DNA from: Acidimicrobiia bacterium
Lineage (GTDB): Bacteria; Actinomycetota; Acidimicrobiia; IMCC26256; PALSA-555
Direction of reading: 5' to 3'
Length of the DNA stretch: 64,000 bases
NCBI GenBank assembly: GCA_046484625.1
Contig: JAWOIO010000127.1
Span: 3,378 to 67,377, forward strand
The position numbers were made by a program, and so were the translations under genes. The notes beneath the pieces are model-generated. The model was not told where the DNA came from and made no database searches. It saw only the letters and a program-made list of their open reading frames with translations. Positions 17,076-27,331 of this stretch are shown one piece after another (position 1 is the stretch's first letter; every line of letters starts with the position of its first letter).

Positions 17076-19583
17076 ATGTCACCCCAGGCGTCCAACGCCA
17101 TCCGTGTGTCCGGCCCCGTCAACGACGCCGGCCTCACCCTGTCCTTCGAGACCGGTCGGCTCGCGAAGCTCGCCGCCGGCGCGGTCCTGGTCCAGATCGG
17201 CGGCACGACGCTGCTGTCGACCGTCGCCACCTCGACGCCGCGTGAGGGGATCGACTTCTTCCCCCTCACCGTCGATGTCGAAGAGCGGATGTACGCGGCC
17301 GGGAAGATCCCCGGCTCGTTCTTCCGCCGTGAAGGTCGTCCGGGCGAGGCCGCGATCCTGACCTGTCGCCTCACCGACCGACCGTTGCGCCCGTCGTTCC
17401 CGAGCGACTTCCGCAACGAGGTTCAGGTCATCGCCACGATTCTCGGCGCCGACCTCGAGAACCCGCACGACATCGCATCGATCAACGGCGCGTCCGCCGC
17501 GCTGATGGTCTCGGGCATCCCGTTCAGCGGGCCGATCGGCGCCGTGCGAATCGCCCACGTCGACGGCGAGTGGATCGCGCACCCCACCTACGAGCAGGGC
17601 GACGGGTCCACCTTCGAGATGGTGGTCGCCGGCCGCAAGCTCCACGACGGCGACGTCGCGGTGATGATGGTCGAGGCCGGTGGCACCGAGGGTTCGTGGG
17701 ACCGCTACGAGGGCGGCGCCCCCAAGGTCACCGAGGACACGATCGTCGAGGGACTCGAGTTCTCGAAGCAGTGGATCGTCGCGTCGATCGACCTGCAGCT
17801 CGAGCTCGTGAAGAAGGTCCAGGCGGCGAACGGCCCGATCGAGATGATCGACTACGAGCCCCGCGTCGACTACCAGACCGATGCCTACGACGCGGTCGTC
17901 GCCGAGGCGCTCGACCCCGCCGCCGAGGCACTGGCGATCGCGGAGAAGAACGCCCGCAACACGCGCCTCGACGAGGTCCGCGACGCCACGATCGCGACGC
18001 TCGTCGGTTCCGCCGACGCGCCGGGTCCCTTCGCCGGGCGTGAGCGTGAGCTCAAGGCGGCCTACCGCTCGCTCCAGAAGAAGATCGTGCGCGACCGCAT
18101 CGTCAAGGACGGTGTGCGCATCGACGGCCGCGGCACCAGCGACCTCCGGCCGCTCGCCGCGGAGGTGGACCTCCTCCCGACCGCCCACGGCACCGGCCTC
18201 TTCGAGCGCGGTGAGACGCAGGTCCTGAGTGTCGTCACGCTCGGCATGCCCCGCATGGAGCAGATGGTCGACTCCATCGGCGTCGACGACCGCAAGCGCT
18301 ACATGCACCACTACAACTTCCCGCCCTTCTCCACCGGGGAGACCGGTCGCGTCGGCTCGCCGAAGCGTCGGGAGATCGGCCACGGTGCGCTGGCCGAGCG
18401 AGCGCTCACGCCGGTGCTCCCGAGTGCCGAGGAATGGCCGTACACGATCCGGGTCGTCTCCGATGTGCTCGCCTCGAACGGTTCGACCTCGATGGCGTCG
18501 GTCTGCGGATCGTCGCTCTCGCTGATGGACTCCGGGACGCCGATCAAGGCGCCGGTGGCCGGCATCGCGATGGGCCTCGTGCTCCACGACGGCGAGTACG
18601 TCACCCTGACCGACATCCTCGGCCAGGAAGACGCGTTCGGCGACATGGACTTCAAGGTCGCCGGAACGCGCGACGCGGTGACGGCACTCCAGCTCGACAC
18701 CAAGATCGACGGCATCCCGGCCGACGTGCTCGCCAAGGCGTTGCAGCAGGCGCGTGACGCCCGGCTGCAGATCCTCGACGTGATGCAGGAGGCGATTGCC
18801 GAGCCGCGTGACGACGTGCAGGCGAGCGCGCCGAAGATCATCAGCATCCAGATCCCGATCGACAAGATCGGCGAGGTGATCGGCCCGAAGGGCAAGGTGA
18901 TCAACACGATCACCCAGGAGACCGGCGCCGACGTGTCCGTCAGCGACGACGGCGTCGTCGGGACGGTGTCGATCGGCTCGAAGGACAACAGCGCGGTGGA
19001 CGAAGCCCGTCGTCGTATCGAGCTGATCCTCGACCCGCCGACGGCCGAGCTCGGCGCGAGCTACACCGGACGGGTCGTGAACATCACGAAGTTCGGTGCG
19101 TTCGTCAACGTCCTGCCCGGCCGCGACGGTCTGCTGCACATCTCGAAGATCGGTGGCGGCAAGCGCATCGACCGCGTCGAGGACGTGCTCAACCTCGGTG
19201 ACGAGGTCGAGGTGCGCGTCGACGACATCGACAACTCCGGGAAGCTGTCCCTGAGCCTGGCCAGCTCCGAGCCGCCGGCCGAGGGGTCGTCGGATCGCGG
19301 CGGTGACCGTGATCGTGGCGGCGACCGTGACCGTGACGGCGGTGGTCGTGGTCGCGACCGTGATCGAGGCGGCGACCGTGATCGAGGCGGCGACCGTGAT
19401 CGAGGTGGCGACCGTGCCCCGGCGGTGTCGGACGACTCCGGCGAGACCGTGTCGTTCGAGGACACCTGGGAGGCGACGGCCCGTGAGGAGTTCGGCGACC
19501 TCGGTCCGGCGGAGGCTCCCCGCAGTGGCGGCGGAGGTCGAGGCGGTCGCGGTGGTGGCGGGGGCGGACGTCGCCGCCGGTGA
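17076..19583 (+). CDS. pnp: polyribonucleotide nucleotidyltransferase (PNPase) with extended Arg/Gly/Asp-rich C-terminal tail
   Basis: 835 aa with two RNase PH domains, KH and S1 (GRVVNITKFGAFVNVLPGRDGLLHIS). The tail reads GGDRDRGGDRDRDGGGRGRDRDRGGDRDRGGDRDRGGDR...GGGGRGGRGGGGGGRRRR. Confidence 0.97.
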   Translation: MSPQASNAIRVSGPVNDAGLTLSFETGRLAKLAAGAVLVQIGGTTLLSTVATSTPREGIDFFPLTVDVEERMYAAGKIPGSFFRREGRPGEAAILTCRLTDRPLRPSFPSDFRNEVQVIATILGADLENPHDIASINGASAALMVSGIPFSGPIGAVRIAHVDGEWIAHPTYEQGDGSTFEMVVAGRKLHDGDVAVMMVEAGGTEGSWDRYEGGAPKVTEDTIVEGLEFSKQWIVASIDLQLELVKKVQAANGPIEMIDYEPRVDYQTDAYDAVVAEALDPAAEALAIAEKNARNTRLDEVRDATIATLVGSADAPGPFAGRERELKAAYRSLQKKIVRDRIVKDGVRIDGRGTSDLRPLAAEVDLLPTAHGTGLFERGETQVLSVVTLGMPRMEQMVDSIGVDDRKRYMHHYNFPPFSTGETGRVGSPKRREIGHGALAERALTPVLPSAEEWPYTIRVVSDVLASNGSTSMASVCGSSLSLMDSGTPIKAPVAGIAMGLVLHDGEYVTLTDILGQEDAFGDMDFKVAGTRDAVTALQLDTKIDGIPADVLAKALQQARDARLQILDVMQEAIAEPRDDVQASAPKIISIQIPIDKIGEVIGPKGKVINTITQETGADVSVSDDGVVGTVSIGSKDNSAVDEARRRIELILDPPTAELGASYTGRVVNITKFGAFVNVLPGRDGLLHISKIGGGKRIDRVEDVLNLGDEVEVRVDDIDNSGKLSLSLASSEPPAEGSSDRGGDRDRGGDRDRDGGGRGRDRDRGGDRDRGGDRDRGGDRAPAVSDDSGETVSFEDTWEATAREEFGDLGPAEAPRSGGGGRGGRGGGGGGRRRR
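19356..19409 (+). repeat. 3 x 18-bp in-frame tandem repeat (DRDRGG) within the pnp tail
   Basis: GACCGTGATCGAGG(C/T)GGC at 19356, 19374 and 19392. Degenerate copies occur upstream from about 19302. Confidence 0.85.
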
Positions 19584-19637
19584 GGCCCCTCGTCTCCGAG
19601 GGACTGATCCTCTGCGATCACGTGGTCTGACCCCTCG

Positions 19638-20909
19638 ATGAGCGCCGCCGCAGGCATCACGCGTACACGACTCGAGTCGGGCGTGCGCGTCGTGACGGAA
19701 TCCCTTCCGGCACTGCGCTCGGTCGCCGTCGGGTGCTGGGTCGGAACGGGCGCACGCGACGAGCCGGATTCGATCGCGGGTGCGAGCCACTTCCTCGAGC
19801 ACCTCCTCTTCAAGGGGACCGATCGAAGGAGCGCGGCCGAGATCGCGGAGGCCGTCGAGTCGGTCGGCGGCGACATGAACGCGTTCACGGCGCACGAGCT
19901 CACGGCGTACTACGTGCGGGTGCCGCACGACCGTCTCGGACTGGCTGTCGAGATCCTCTCCGACATCCTGTGGTCGCCGGCTTTCCGGGCGAGCGAAGTG
20001 GACTCCGAGCGGCAGGTGATCCTCGAGGAGATCCGCATGCGCGACGACGCGCCGGAGGACCTCGTGCACGATCTGTTCGCCGGAGCGCTGTTCCCTTCCC
20101 ATCCCATCGGTCGGGACGTGATCGGCACGCCGGACACCATCGAAGCGATGGGACCCGACGAGATCGGGGCCTTCCACGCCGAGCACTACCACCCGAGCAA
20201 CGTCGTCGTGGCCGCGGCGGGGAACCTCGACCACGACGAGGTCGTCGCGCTCGTCGAAGCTGGTCTCGTGCGCTCCGGTGGTGCCCGGCCGGCACGCGAG
20301 ACCTGGCCCGGTGAGCCGGGACCCTCGTCGCTTGCAGTCATCACGCGTGACACCGAGCAGGCCCACGCGGTCCTCGGCGTGCGGGCACTGCGCCGCGACG
20401 ATCCTGATCGATATGCGCTCGGCGTGCTGGCACAAGCGCTCGGCGGCGGGATGTCCTCACGGCTCTTCCAGGAGGTGCGCGAGAAGCGCGGGCTCGCGTA
20501 CTCCGTCTACGCGTATCGCAGCGCCTACGAGGAGACGGGCACCCTCGCCGTCGCTGCCGGCACGGCGCCGGAACGACTCGACGAGCTGCTCGAGGTCATC
20601 GACACCGAGCTCGGCCGCATCGTCTCGGAGGGCGGTGTCTCGGAACGGGAGCTGGTCGCGGCGAAGGGTCATCTCACCGGTTCGCTCGCGCTCTCGCTCG
20701 AGAGCTCGAGCTCGCGCATGCACCGGATCGGTCGCAGCGAGCTCACCCTGGGCGAGATCCCGTCGCTCGACGACCTCGTTGCCGAGGTCGAAGCCGTCGG
20801 AGCCGACGACGTCACCCGGGTCGTGGAGCGACTCCTCGCACCGACCGACCGGACGCTCGCCGTGGTCGGGCCCGTCGACGAGTCACTGCTCTCGGCGCGG
20901 ATGTCCTGA
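19638..20909 (+). CDS. M16 family zinc peptidase (pitrilysin-like)
   Basis: Inverted zinc motif HFLEHLLFKGT. Conserved position after pnp in actinobacteria. Confidence 0.9.
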   Translation: MSAAAGITRTRLESGVRVVTESLPALRSVAVGCWVGTGARDEPDSIAGASHFLEHLLFKGTDRRSAAEIAEAVESVGGDMNAFTAHELTAYYVRVPHDRLGLAVEILSDILWSPAFRASEVDSERQVILEEIRMRDDAPEDLVHDLFAGALFPSHPIGRDVIGTPDTIEAMGPDEIGAFHAEHYHPSNVVVAAAGNLDHDEVVALVEAGLVRSGGARPARETWPGEPGPSSLAVITRDTEQAHAVLGVRALRRDDPDRYALGVLAQALGGGMSSRLFQEVREKRGLAYSVYAYRSAYEETGTLAVAAGTAPERLDELLEVIDTELGRIVSEGGVSERELVAAKGHLTGSLALSLESSSSRMHRIGRSELTLGEIPSLDDLVAEVEAVGADDVTRVVERLLAPTDRTLAVVGPVDESLLSARMS

Positions 20910-20943
20910 GCGGTCGCGTCGGCACCCCGGTACCCTGCGGCCG

Positions 20944-21747
20944 ATGGGAACGAACCGGATCAAGGTCGGGGTGTTCGGCGCCGGCGGTCGCATGGGGGCG
21001 ACCGTCTGTGCTGCCGTTGCCGCGGCCCCCGACCTCGACCTGGTCGCGGCGGTCGACCCGTACCACGCGGGGATCGACCTCCAGCAGCTCGGCGTGCCCG
21101 ACACCGGCCTTCGGGTCGCGCGCAGCGCCGACGAGCTGACCGATGCCGGTGCCGAGGTGGCAGTCGACTTCACGGTCCTCGACGCCGCGCGTGAGAACCT
21201 GCGATGGTGCGCCGAGCACGGCGTGCACGCGGTCGTGGGGACGACGGGCTTCTCCGGCGAGGACCTGGAGGACCTGCGGACCCGTTTCGCGGCTGCGAAC
21301 ACGAACGCGGTGATCGCCCCGAACTTCGCGATCGGTGCGGTGCTGATGATGCGCTTCGCCGAGATCGCCGCCCCGTACTTCGAGACCGCAGAGGTCATCG
21401 AGCTCCATCACGACGAGAAGATCGACGCCCCTTCCGGCACCGCGATGCTGACTGCTCAACGGATGGCCGACCGGTCACACGAATGGGCACCCGATCCGAC
21501 CGAGAAGACGGTTGCCGAGGGCGCGCGCGGCGGTTCCGGTCCGGGAGGGATCCGGATCCACTCGGTTCGACTCCGAGGGTTGGTCGCCCACCAAGAGGTC
21601 CTGCTCGGCACGACGGGGCAGTCGCTCTCGATCCGCCACGACTCCTACGACCGGACGTCGTTCATGCCGGGCGTCCTCCTGGCCGTGCGGGCCATCGCCT
21701 CACGCACCGGGCTGACGATCGGCCTTGACGACCTGCTCGAGACCTGA
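20944..21747 (+). CDS. dapB: 4-hydroxy-tetrahydrodipicolinate reductase
   Basis: MGTNRIKVGVFGAGGRMG...ELHHDEKIDAPSGTA...HSVRLRGLVAHQEV. The track ORF from 20278 overlaps the peptidase gene. Confidence 0.95.
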   Translation: MGTNRIKVGVFGAGGRMGATVCAAVAAAPDLDLVAAVDPYHAGIDLQQLGVPDTGLRVARSADELTDAGAEVAVDFTVLDAARENLRWCAEHGVHAVVGTTGFSGEDLEDLRTRFAAANTNAVIAPNFAIGAVLMMRFAEIAAPYFETAEVIELHHDEKIDAPSGTAMLTAQRMADRSHEWAPDPTEKTVAEGARGGSGPGGIRIHSVRLRGLVAHQEVLLGTTGQSLSIRHDSYDRTSFMPGVLLAVRAIASRTGLTIGLDDLLET

Positions 21748-21779
21748 TCGGCGCCGCTCCCGACCCTGACCGGCCTCAG

Positions 21780-22616
21780 GTGCGCGCGTCGGCCAGCGCG
21801 GTTAGCGTCCGCCCGGTGAGCGACCAGCCGCTGCTCGCTGTCCAGAGCCTCGAAGTTCGCTACGGCGCCACGGTGCGGGTGCGAGGTGTCAGCTTCGACG
21901 TCGGCACCGGCGAGATCGTGGCGCTGCTCGGCGCGAACGGCGCCGGGAAGTCGAGCGTGCTTCGGGCCGTCTCGGGACTGATCCACGTGCACAACGGCCG
22001 CGTCGTCCGTGGCGACGTGCTGCTCGACGGCGCCTCCATCGTCGGCTTGACCGCGCCGGCGATCGTCCGCCGTGGGGTGGCGCAGGTGATGGAAGGTCGT
22101 CGGATCTTCGCGGAGCTCACCGTCGACGAGAACCTCCGTTCCGGGGCGTTCACCCGGCGCGACCGGACCGGGTCGCGCGAGACCCAGGACGAGGTCTTCG
22201 AGATGTTCCCTGTGCTGGGCGAGCGGCGTCGATCCGTAGCCGGGTACCTCTCGGGAGGGGAGCAGCAGATGCTGGCCATCGGGCGCGCACTCATGGCCGG
22301 GCCGCGGCTCCTGCTCCTGGACGAGCCGTCGCTCGGCCTCGCCCCGCTCATCCAGGAGCAGATCCGCGACACGATCGTGCAGATCGCCGAGAGCGGCAAG
22401 AGCGTCCTCCTCGTCGAGCAGAACGCGATGATGGCGCTCTCGATCGCGCACCGGGCGGCAGTCCTCGAAGGGGGCTACGTCGTGCGCGAGGGCCTCGGTT
22501 CGGAGCTGCTCGGCGACGACGAGATCCGTGAGGCCTACCTCGGGGTCGGCGATCGCGGGCGTCGGTCGTTCAAGGACCTCAAGAGCTACCGGCGTCGCGG
22601 CCGGTGGAGCGCGTGA
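21780..22616 (+). CDS. livF: branched-chain-amino-acid-type ABC transporter ATP-binding protein (LivF-like)
   Basis: Walker A GANGAGKSS, signature LSGGEQQML, Walker B LLLLDEPS. GTG 21816 is an alternative start. Confidence 0.9.
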   Translation: MRASASAVSVRPVSDQPLLAVQSLEVRYGATVRVRGVSFDVGTGEIVALLGANGAGKSSVLRAVSGLIHVHNGRVVRGDVLLDGASIVGLTAPAIVRRGVAQVMEGRRIFAELTVDENLRSGAFTRRDRTGSRETQDEVFEMFPVLGERRRSVAGYLSGGEQQMLAIGRALMAGPRLLLLDEPSLGLAPLIQEQIRDTIVQIAESGKSVLLVEQNAMMALSIAHRAAVLEGGYVVREGLGSELLGDDEIREAYLGVGDRGRRSFKDLKSYRRRGRWSA

Positions 22617-22617
22617 C

Positions 22618-23427
22618 ATGACAATGACCGGCGCGCGCGTCGACCGTCGCCGCTACGACGGCTCACTGCTCGAGGTCAAGGACGTCACGCTCCAGTTCGG
22701 TGGCGTGACCGCGCTGCGGGGTGTGAGCTTCTCGGTCGAGGAGAACGAGCTCTTCGCGGTGATCGGGCCGAACGGGGCCGGGAAGACCTCGATGTTCAAC
22801 TGCCTCAACGGGGTGTACCGACCTCAGGAGGGCAGCATCCGGTTCCAGGGGCTCGAGCTCGTGGGCCGCCGTCCGCCGGCGATCGCCCAGCTCGGGATGG
22901 CGCGCACGTTCCAGAACCTCGGCTTGTTCGTGAACTTGAACGTGATCGACAACCTCATGCTGGGGCGCCACGTCCGCATGCGCTCGGGGCTTCTCAGCGG
23001 GATGGCATGGATCGGCCGCGCGCGACGGGAGGAGATCGCCAACCGGGGACGCGTCGAGGAGATCATGGAGCTGCTCGCGCTGCAGCCGTTCCGCTACGAG
23101 CCGGTCGGCTCGCTCCCGTACGGAATCCAGAAGAAGATCGAGCTCGGCCGCGCCCTCGCGATGGACCCGCGGATCCTGCTCCTCGACGAACCGGTGGCGG
23201 GCATGAACCTCGGCGAGACCGAGGACATGGCTCGACTCATCCTCGAGATCCGCCATGAGCTGAACCTCGCGATGATCCTCGTGGAGCACGACCTGCACAT
23301 GGTGATGGAGCTGGCCGATCGGCTGCTCGTGCTGGACTTCGGCGAGCCCGTCGCGATCGGCCCCCCGGCCGAGATCCAGGCTGATCCCCGGGTGATCGCG
23401 GCGTACATCGGGCAGGGCGACGAGTGA
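22618..23427 (+). CDS. livG: branched-chain-amino-acid-type ABC transporter ATP-binding protein (LivG-like)
   Basis: GPNGAGKTS, LPYGIQKKIELGRAL, ILLLDEPVAGMN. The ATG lies 1 nt after the livF stop. Confidence 0.9.
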   Translation: MTMTGARVDRRRYDGSLLEVKDVTLQFGGVTALRGVSFSVEENELFAVIGPNGAGKTSMFNCLNGVYRPQEGSIRFQGLELVGRRPPAIAQLGMARTFQNLGLFVNLNVIDNLMLGRHVRMRSGLLSGMAWIGRARREEIANRGRVEEIMELLALQPFRYEPVGSLPYGIQKKIELGRALAMDPRILLLDEPVAGMNLGETEDMARLILEIRHELNLAMILVEHDLHMVMELADRLLVLDFGEPVAIGPPAEIQADPRVIAAYIGQGDE

Positions 23428-25217
23428 GCGCCCCGGTCGCCGAGACGCCGGCCCCCGGCATCGCGTCGGGCCCTACGACGCTGCCGGCCTGGTTGTTGCT
23501 CCAGGCCGAGCTCCGCCCGAAGGCGATCGCCATGCGGGTCAAGGAGCTGGGCCGGTGGCGCGAGATCTCGTGGTCGGAGCACGCGACCCGCGTGGAGTCC
23601 GTCGGGCGGGGTTTGGCCCACGCCGGCGTCGGTCGGGGGGATCACGTGCTCCTCCTCAGTGAGAACCGGCCGGAGTGGGTCATGACCGACCTCGCGGTGC
23701 AGGGCCTCGGGGCGGTGACCGTCGGCGTGTTCCCCTCCACCCCGACGGCCGAGGTCGGTCGCCTCCTCGAGCGCAGCCGGGCGCAGATCGCGGTGGTCGA
23801 GGACGAGGAGCAGCTCGACAAGCTGCTCGCGCTGCGCGAGGGCACCGCGCTCGAGCGGGTCGTGGTGATCGACACCCGGGGCATCCGCGTGCTCGAGGAC
23901 CCGGCGTCGAGCTTCGAGGAGCTCGAAGCGATCGGCACCACCGAGGCAGTCGAGCTGCGGTCGGGCCCGCTCGACGAATGGCGGACCGCGGTGGGCTCCC
24001 TCGCCGCCGACGACGTCGCGATGGTCGCGTTCACGCCGGGGACGTCGGGTGACCCGAAGGGGGCGTTGCTGACGCACGGCAACCTCGCGGCCGCCGCCGA
24101 GGTGGGCACCGGCACCTATGACGTGCGCGCCGGAGACCGGATCGTGTCGTGCCTGCCCCTGTGTGAGATCGCGGAGCGCGTGCTCGTGATCGCGCAGGCG
24201 ACGCGGGCCGGATGCACCGTGCACTTCGGGGAAGGAGGCGATGCCCTCGAGAACGACATCCGCGAAGTGGGTCCGACCGTCTTCCTCGGAGCCCCCCGCC
24301 TCTGGCAGCGACTCCAGGCGCAAGTGGAGACCGGACTGCGCAGTGCCGGGCGGCTGAAGCGGGCCGCCTTCCGCTTCGGGATCGGGCGCGGTCCGCGACC
24401 CCTGCGGACGTTCCTCGTCACGCGGCCCGTGCGCAGGCGCGTGGGCGTCGACCGGGTGCGGGTCGCGCTCGGCGGAGGGGCCCCGATGCCGGCCGCGCTG
24501 CTCGAGTGGTGGTCGGGTCTCGGCGTCGACGTGCACGAGGTCTACGGACTCACGGAGACGTGCGGTGTCTCGACGTTCGTGGCCGACGCCAGGACTGGCG
24601 CAGGGTCCGTGGGACGCGCAGTGCGGGGAATCGAGATCGAGGTCGCGGCGGACGGCGAGGTGCTCGTCCGGGGCGCGTCGGTGTTCGCCGGATACCTCGA
24701 CGACCCCGACGCAACCGCGGCGGCGCTCGACGCGGACGGCTGGTGCCACACCGGTGACGTCGGCGTCCTCGGCGATCACGGTGATCTGACGATCGTCGGG
24801 CGGCGCAAGGAGGTGCTCGTCACGTCGGGTGGCCACACGGTGGCACCCGAGCCGATCGAGCGCCGCCTCGCCGCGAGCCCGTTCGTGCGCGCGGCGATCG
24901 TCGTCGGGGAGGGCCGTCCCCACCTGGGCGCCCTCGTGGCGCTCGACGATGACGCCGTCGGGGACTGGGCATCGGAGAAGGGCATTCCGTTCACGACGCA
25001 TTCCTCGTTGGTCGAGCGGCCCGAGGTGGTGGAGCTGATCGCGGCCTGGATCGACGAGGTCGGCGAGGATCTCGCGGCGGAGGAGCGGGTGCGTTGCTTC
25101 GCGCTGCTCCCACACGAGCTGACGGAGGACAGCGGCGATCTCACTCCCACACTCGAGATCCGCCGTAGCGCGACGGTGGGTCGGTTCGCGGATCTCGTGG
25201 AATCGATGTACTCGTGA
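23424..25217 (+). CDS. AMP-dependent synthetase / long-chain acyl-CoA ligase embedded in the transporter operon
   Basis: 597 aa. AMP-binding motif FTPGTSGDPKGALLTHGNL, plus YGLTET and GWCHTGD. Overlaps both neighbours by 4 nt. Confidence 0.9.
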   Translation: MSAPVAETPAPGIASGPTTLPAWLLLQAELRPKAIAMRVKELGRWREISWSEHATRVESVGRGLAHAGVGRGDHVLLLSENRPEWVMTDLAVQGLGAVTVGVFPSTPTAEVGRLLERSRAQIAVVEDEEQLDKLLALREGTALERVVVIDTRGIRVLEDPASSFEELEAIGTTEAVELRSGPLDEWRTAVGSLAADDVAMVAFTPGTSGDPKGALLTHGNLAAAAEVGTGTYDVRAGDRIVSCLPLCEIAERVLVIAQATRAGCTVHFGEGGDALENDIREVGPTVFLGAPRLWQRLQAQVETGLRSAGRLKRAAFRFGIGRGPRPLRTFLVTRPVRRRVGVDRVRVALGGGAPMPAALLEWWSGLGVDVHEVYGLTETCGVSTFVADARTGAGSVGRAVRGIEIEVAADGEVLVRGASVFAGYLDDPDATAAALDADGWCHTGDVGVLGDHGDLTIVGRRKEVLVTSGGHTVAPEPIERRLAASPFVRAAIVVGEGRPHLGALVALDDDAVGDWASEKGIPFTTHSSLVERPEVVELIAAWIDEVGEDLAAEERVRCFALLPHELTEDSGDLTPTLEIRRSATVGRFADLVESMYS

Positions 25218-26116
25218 AGTTCCTCCAGCTCTTCGCCTCGGGCGCGGCGCTCGGCGCCGTGTACGCACTCGTCGGGCTCGGCTTCGTGGTGATCTACCGG
25301 GCGACCGGCGTCATCAACTTTGCCCAGGCCGGCATGGTCGTGCTGGGCGCCTTCCTCGTCTACAACGCGACCACCGCGTGGGGCATGGGCTTCTGGCTCG
25401 CGCTCCTGGTGGCGATGGCGCTCGGCGCGCTGCTCGGCATCGTGCTGGAGCGTGTCGTGCTGCGGCGCATGATCGGGCGCCCGGTCTACGCGGTCATCCT
25501 CGTGACCGTCGGGTTGCTGCTCCTCGTCCAACCCGTCGTGACGACGATCTGGCAGAACCCGGCCACCAACATCGAGAACCCCTGGGGCCTGAGCAAGGTG
25601 ACCATCGGGAGCGTGACCGTCCTGCAGGTCGACATCGCGACCGTCGTGATCGGCGGCGCGGTCCTCGGAGCGTTCTTCGCCTTCTTCCGGTACACGAAGT
25701 ACGGCGTGGCGATGCGTGCCACGGCGATCGACCAGGAGGCTGCGCTCGCGCAGGGGATCAACGTGCAGGGCATCGTCGCGCTCTCGTGGGCGATCGCCGG
25801 CGTGGTCGCGGTGCTCGCGGGCACGATGCTCGGGTCTGGTGCCGGCCCGGCGACGGGACTCGGCGTCGGGATCGGGATCATCTCCCTCAAGGCGCTGCCC
25901 GCGGTGGTGCTCGGCGGGCTCGACTCGCCGCTCGGCGCGGTCGTCGGGGGACTGATCATCGGCATCTCCGAGGTGCTGATGGCCGGGTACCAGAACGACA
26001 TCCTGCCGTTCCTCCCCGACGGGTTCGCCGCCGTCATGCCGTGGGTCGTGATGCTGATCGTCCTCCTCGTCCGCCCGTACGGGCTGTTCGGGACGCGTGA
26101 CGTGAGGCGCATCTGA
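25214..26116 (+). CDS. livH: ABC transporter permease (LivH-like)
   Basis: 300 aa, multi-TM. N-terminus MKFLQLFASGAALGAVYALVGLGFVVIYRATGVINFAQ. Confidence 0.9.
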   Translation: MKFLQLFASGAALGAVYALVGLGFVVIYRATGVINFAQAGMVVLGAFLVYNATTAWGMGFWLALLVAMALGALLGIVLERVVLRRMIGRPVYAVILVTVGLLLLVQPVVTTIWQNPATNIENPWGLSKVTIGSVTVLQVDIATVVIGGAVLGAFFAFFRYTKYGVAMRATAIDQEAALAQGINVQGIVALSWAIAGVVAVLAGTMLGSGAGPATGLGVGIGIISLKALPAVVLGGLDSPLGAVVGGLIIGISEVLMAGYQNDILPFLPDGFAAVMPWVVMLIVLLVRPYGLFGTRDVRRI

Positions 26117-27228
26117 TGGCCGGCGCGACCCGCGGGATGGTGCGGCGGTACGCGCAGGACCTCCGCATGGTGCCGTCGTGGCGCGCGCGGGGGTTCCTCG
26201 TCGCGCTGTTCGCGCTCTACCTGTGGCTGCCGTTCCAGCTCGACGACTTCTGGGCCGGCGTCTTCACGCTCGCCGGCATCACGGCCATCGGCGCGCTCGG
26301 CCTCAACATGCTCACGGGCTACACCGGACAGCCCTCGCTCGGCACGGCCGCGTTCATCGGGCTCGGCGCCTTCACTGCCAGCTATCTCGGACGGCCGGAG
26401 GACTTCGGCGGCCTCGAGTGGTCGTTCCTGGCGTACCTCGCGGTCGCGATCGCGCTCGGCGCAGTCGTCGGGTTCGTCGTCGGCGTTCCGGCGCTCCGAT
26501 TGCGCGGGAACTACCTCATCATCGCGACGCTCGGGCTCGTGTTCGTCGCGCTGTACGTCTTCAAGAGCTGGGAGGAGGTCACCGGGGGCAATTCCGGTGT
26601 GCCGATGCCGCTCGAGGTGAACCTCTTCGGCCTCGACTTCGCGAACCTCGACGTCTTCGGGGAGACGCTCGGGCGCAACCAGAGTCTCTTCTTCCTCGTG
26701 TGGGCGTTCGTCGCGCTCACCGCGCTCCTGTGCAAGAACGTGGTGCGCACGCGTGCCGGTCGCGCGTTGCAGGCGGTCCGCGACCGCGACGTCGCCGCCG
26801 AGGTCGTCGGCGTGAGCCTCTTCCGGACGAAGGTCGGCGCCTTCGTGCTGTCGAGCGCGATCGCGAGCGCCGCCGGCGTCTTCTACGGCATCTGGATCCA
26901 GTACCTGGTCCCGGACGACCAGTCGCTCGGACTGAACCTCTCGATCCAGTACCTCGCGATCATCATCGTCGGCGGGATCGGGACCATCTATGGCCCCATC
27001 CTGGGTGCGCTCCTCGTCGGGGCGATGCCGGCGCTCATCGACGAGTTCGCGGGCCAGCTCCCGCTCGTCTCCGAGTCCGCCACGGAGTCGGGCATCTCGA
27101 AGCCGGCGCTGAAGGCGTTGCTGTACGCCGTCCTGATCATCGTGTTCCTCGTCACCGAGCCCAACGGCCTGGGCGGCATCTGGCGGCGGATCCGCGACTA
27201 CTTCGCCAGCTGGCCCCTGTCCCGCTGA
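26116..27228 (+). CDS. livM: ABC transporter permease (LivM-like)
   Basis: 370 aa, multi-TM. LNMLTGYTGQPSLGTAAFIGLGAF is typical of LivM. Confidence 0.9.
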   Translation: MAGATRGMVRRYAQDLRMVPSWRARGFLVALFALYLWLPFQLDDFWAGVFTLAGITAIGALGLNMLTGYTGQPSLGTAAFIGLGAFTASYLGRPEDFGGLEWSFLAYLAVAIALGAVVGFVVGVPALRLRGNYLIIATLGLVFVALYVFKSWEEVTGGNSGVPMPLEVNLFGLDFANLDVFGETLGRNQSLFFLVWAFVALTALLCKNVVRTRAGRALQAVRDRDVAAEVVGVSLFRTKVGAFVLSSAIASAAGVFYGIWIQYLVPDDQSLGLNLSIQYLAIIIVGGIGTIYGPILGALLVGAMPALIDEFAGQLPLVSESATESGISKPALKALLYAVLIIVFLVTEPNGLGGIWRRIRDYFASWPLSR

Positions 27229-27331
27229 GCCCGGGCCGACCCGGCGCGATCGGACACGCGGGTGCGAACCGGAGCATGATGTGGCCGGAGATCGATCGGG
27301 CCATTCCCCCGCACCACAAGGAGGCAGTCCC

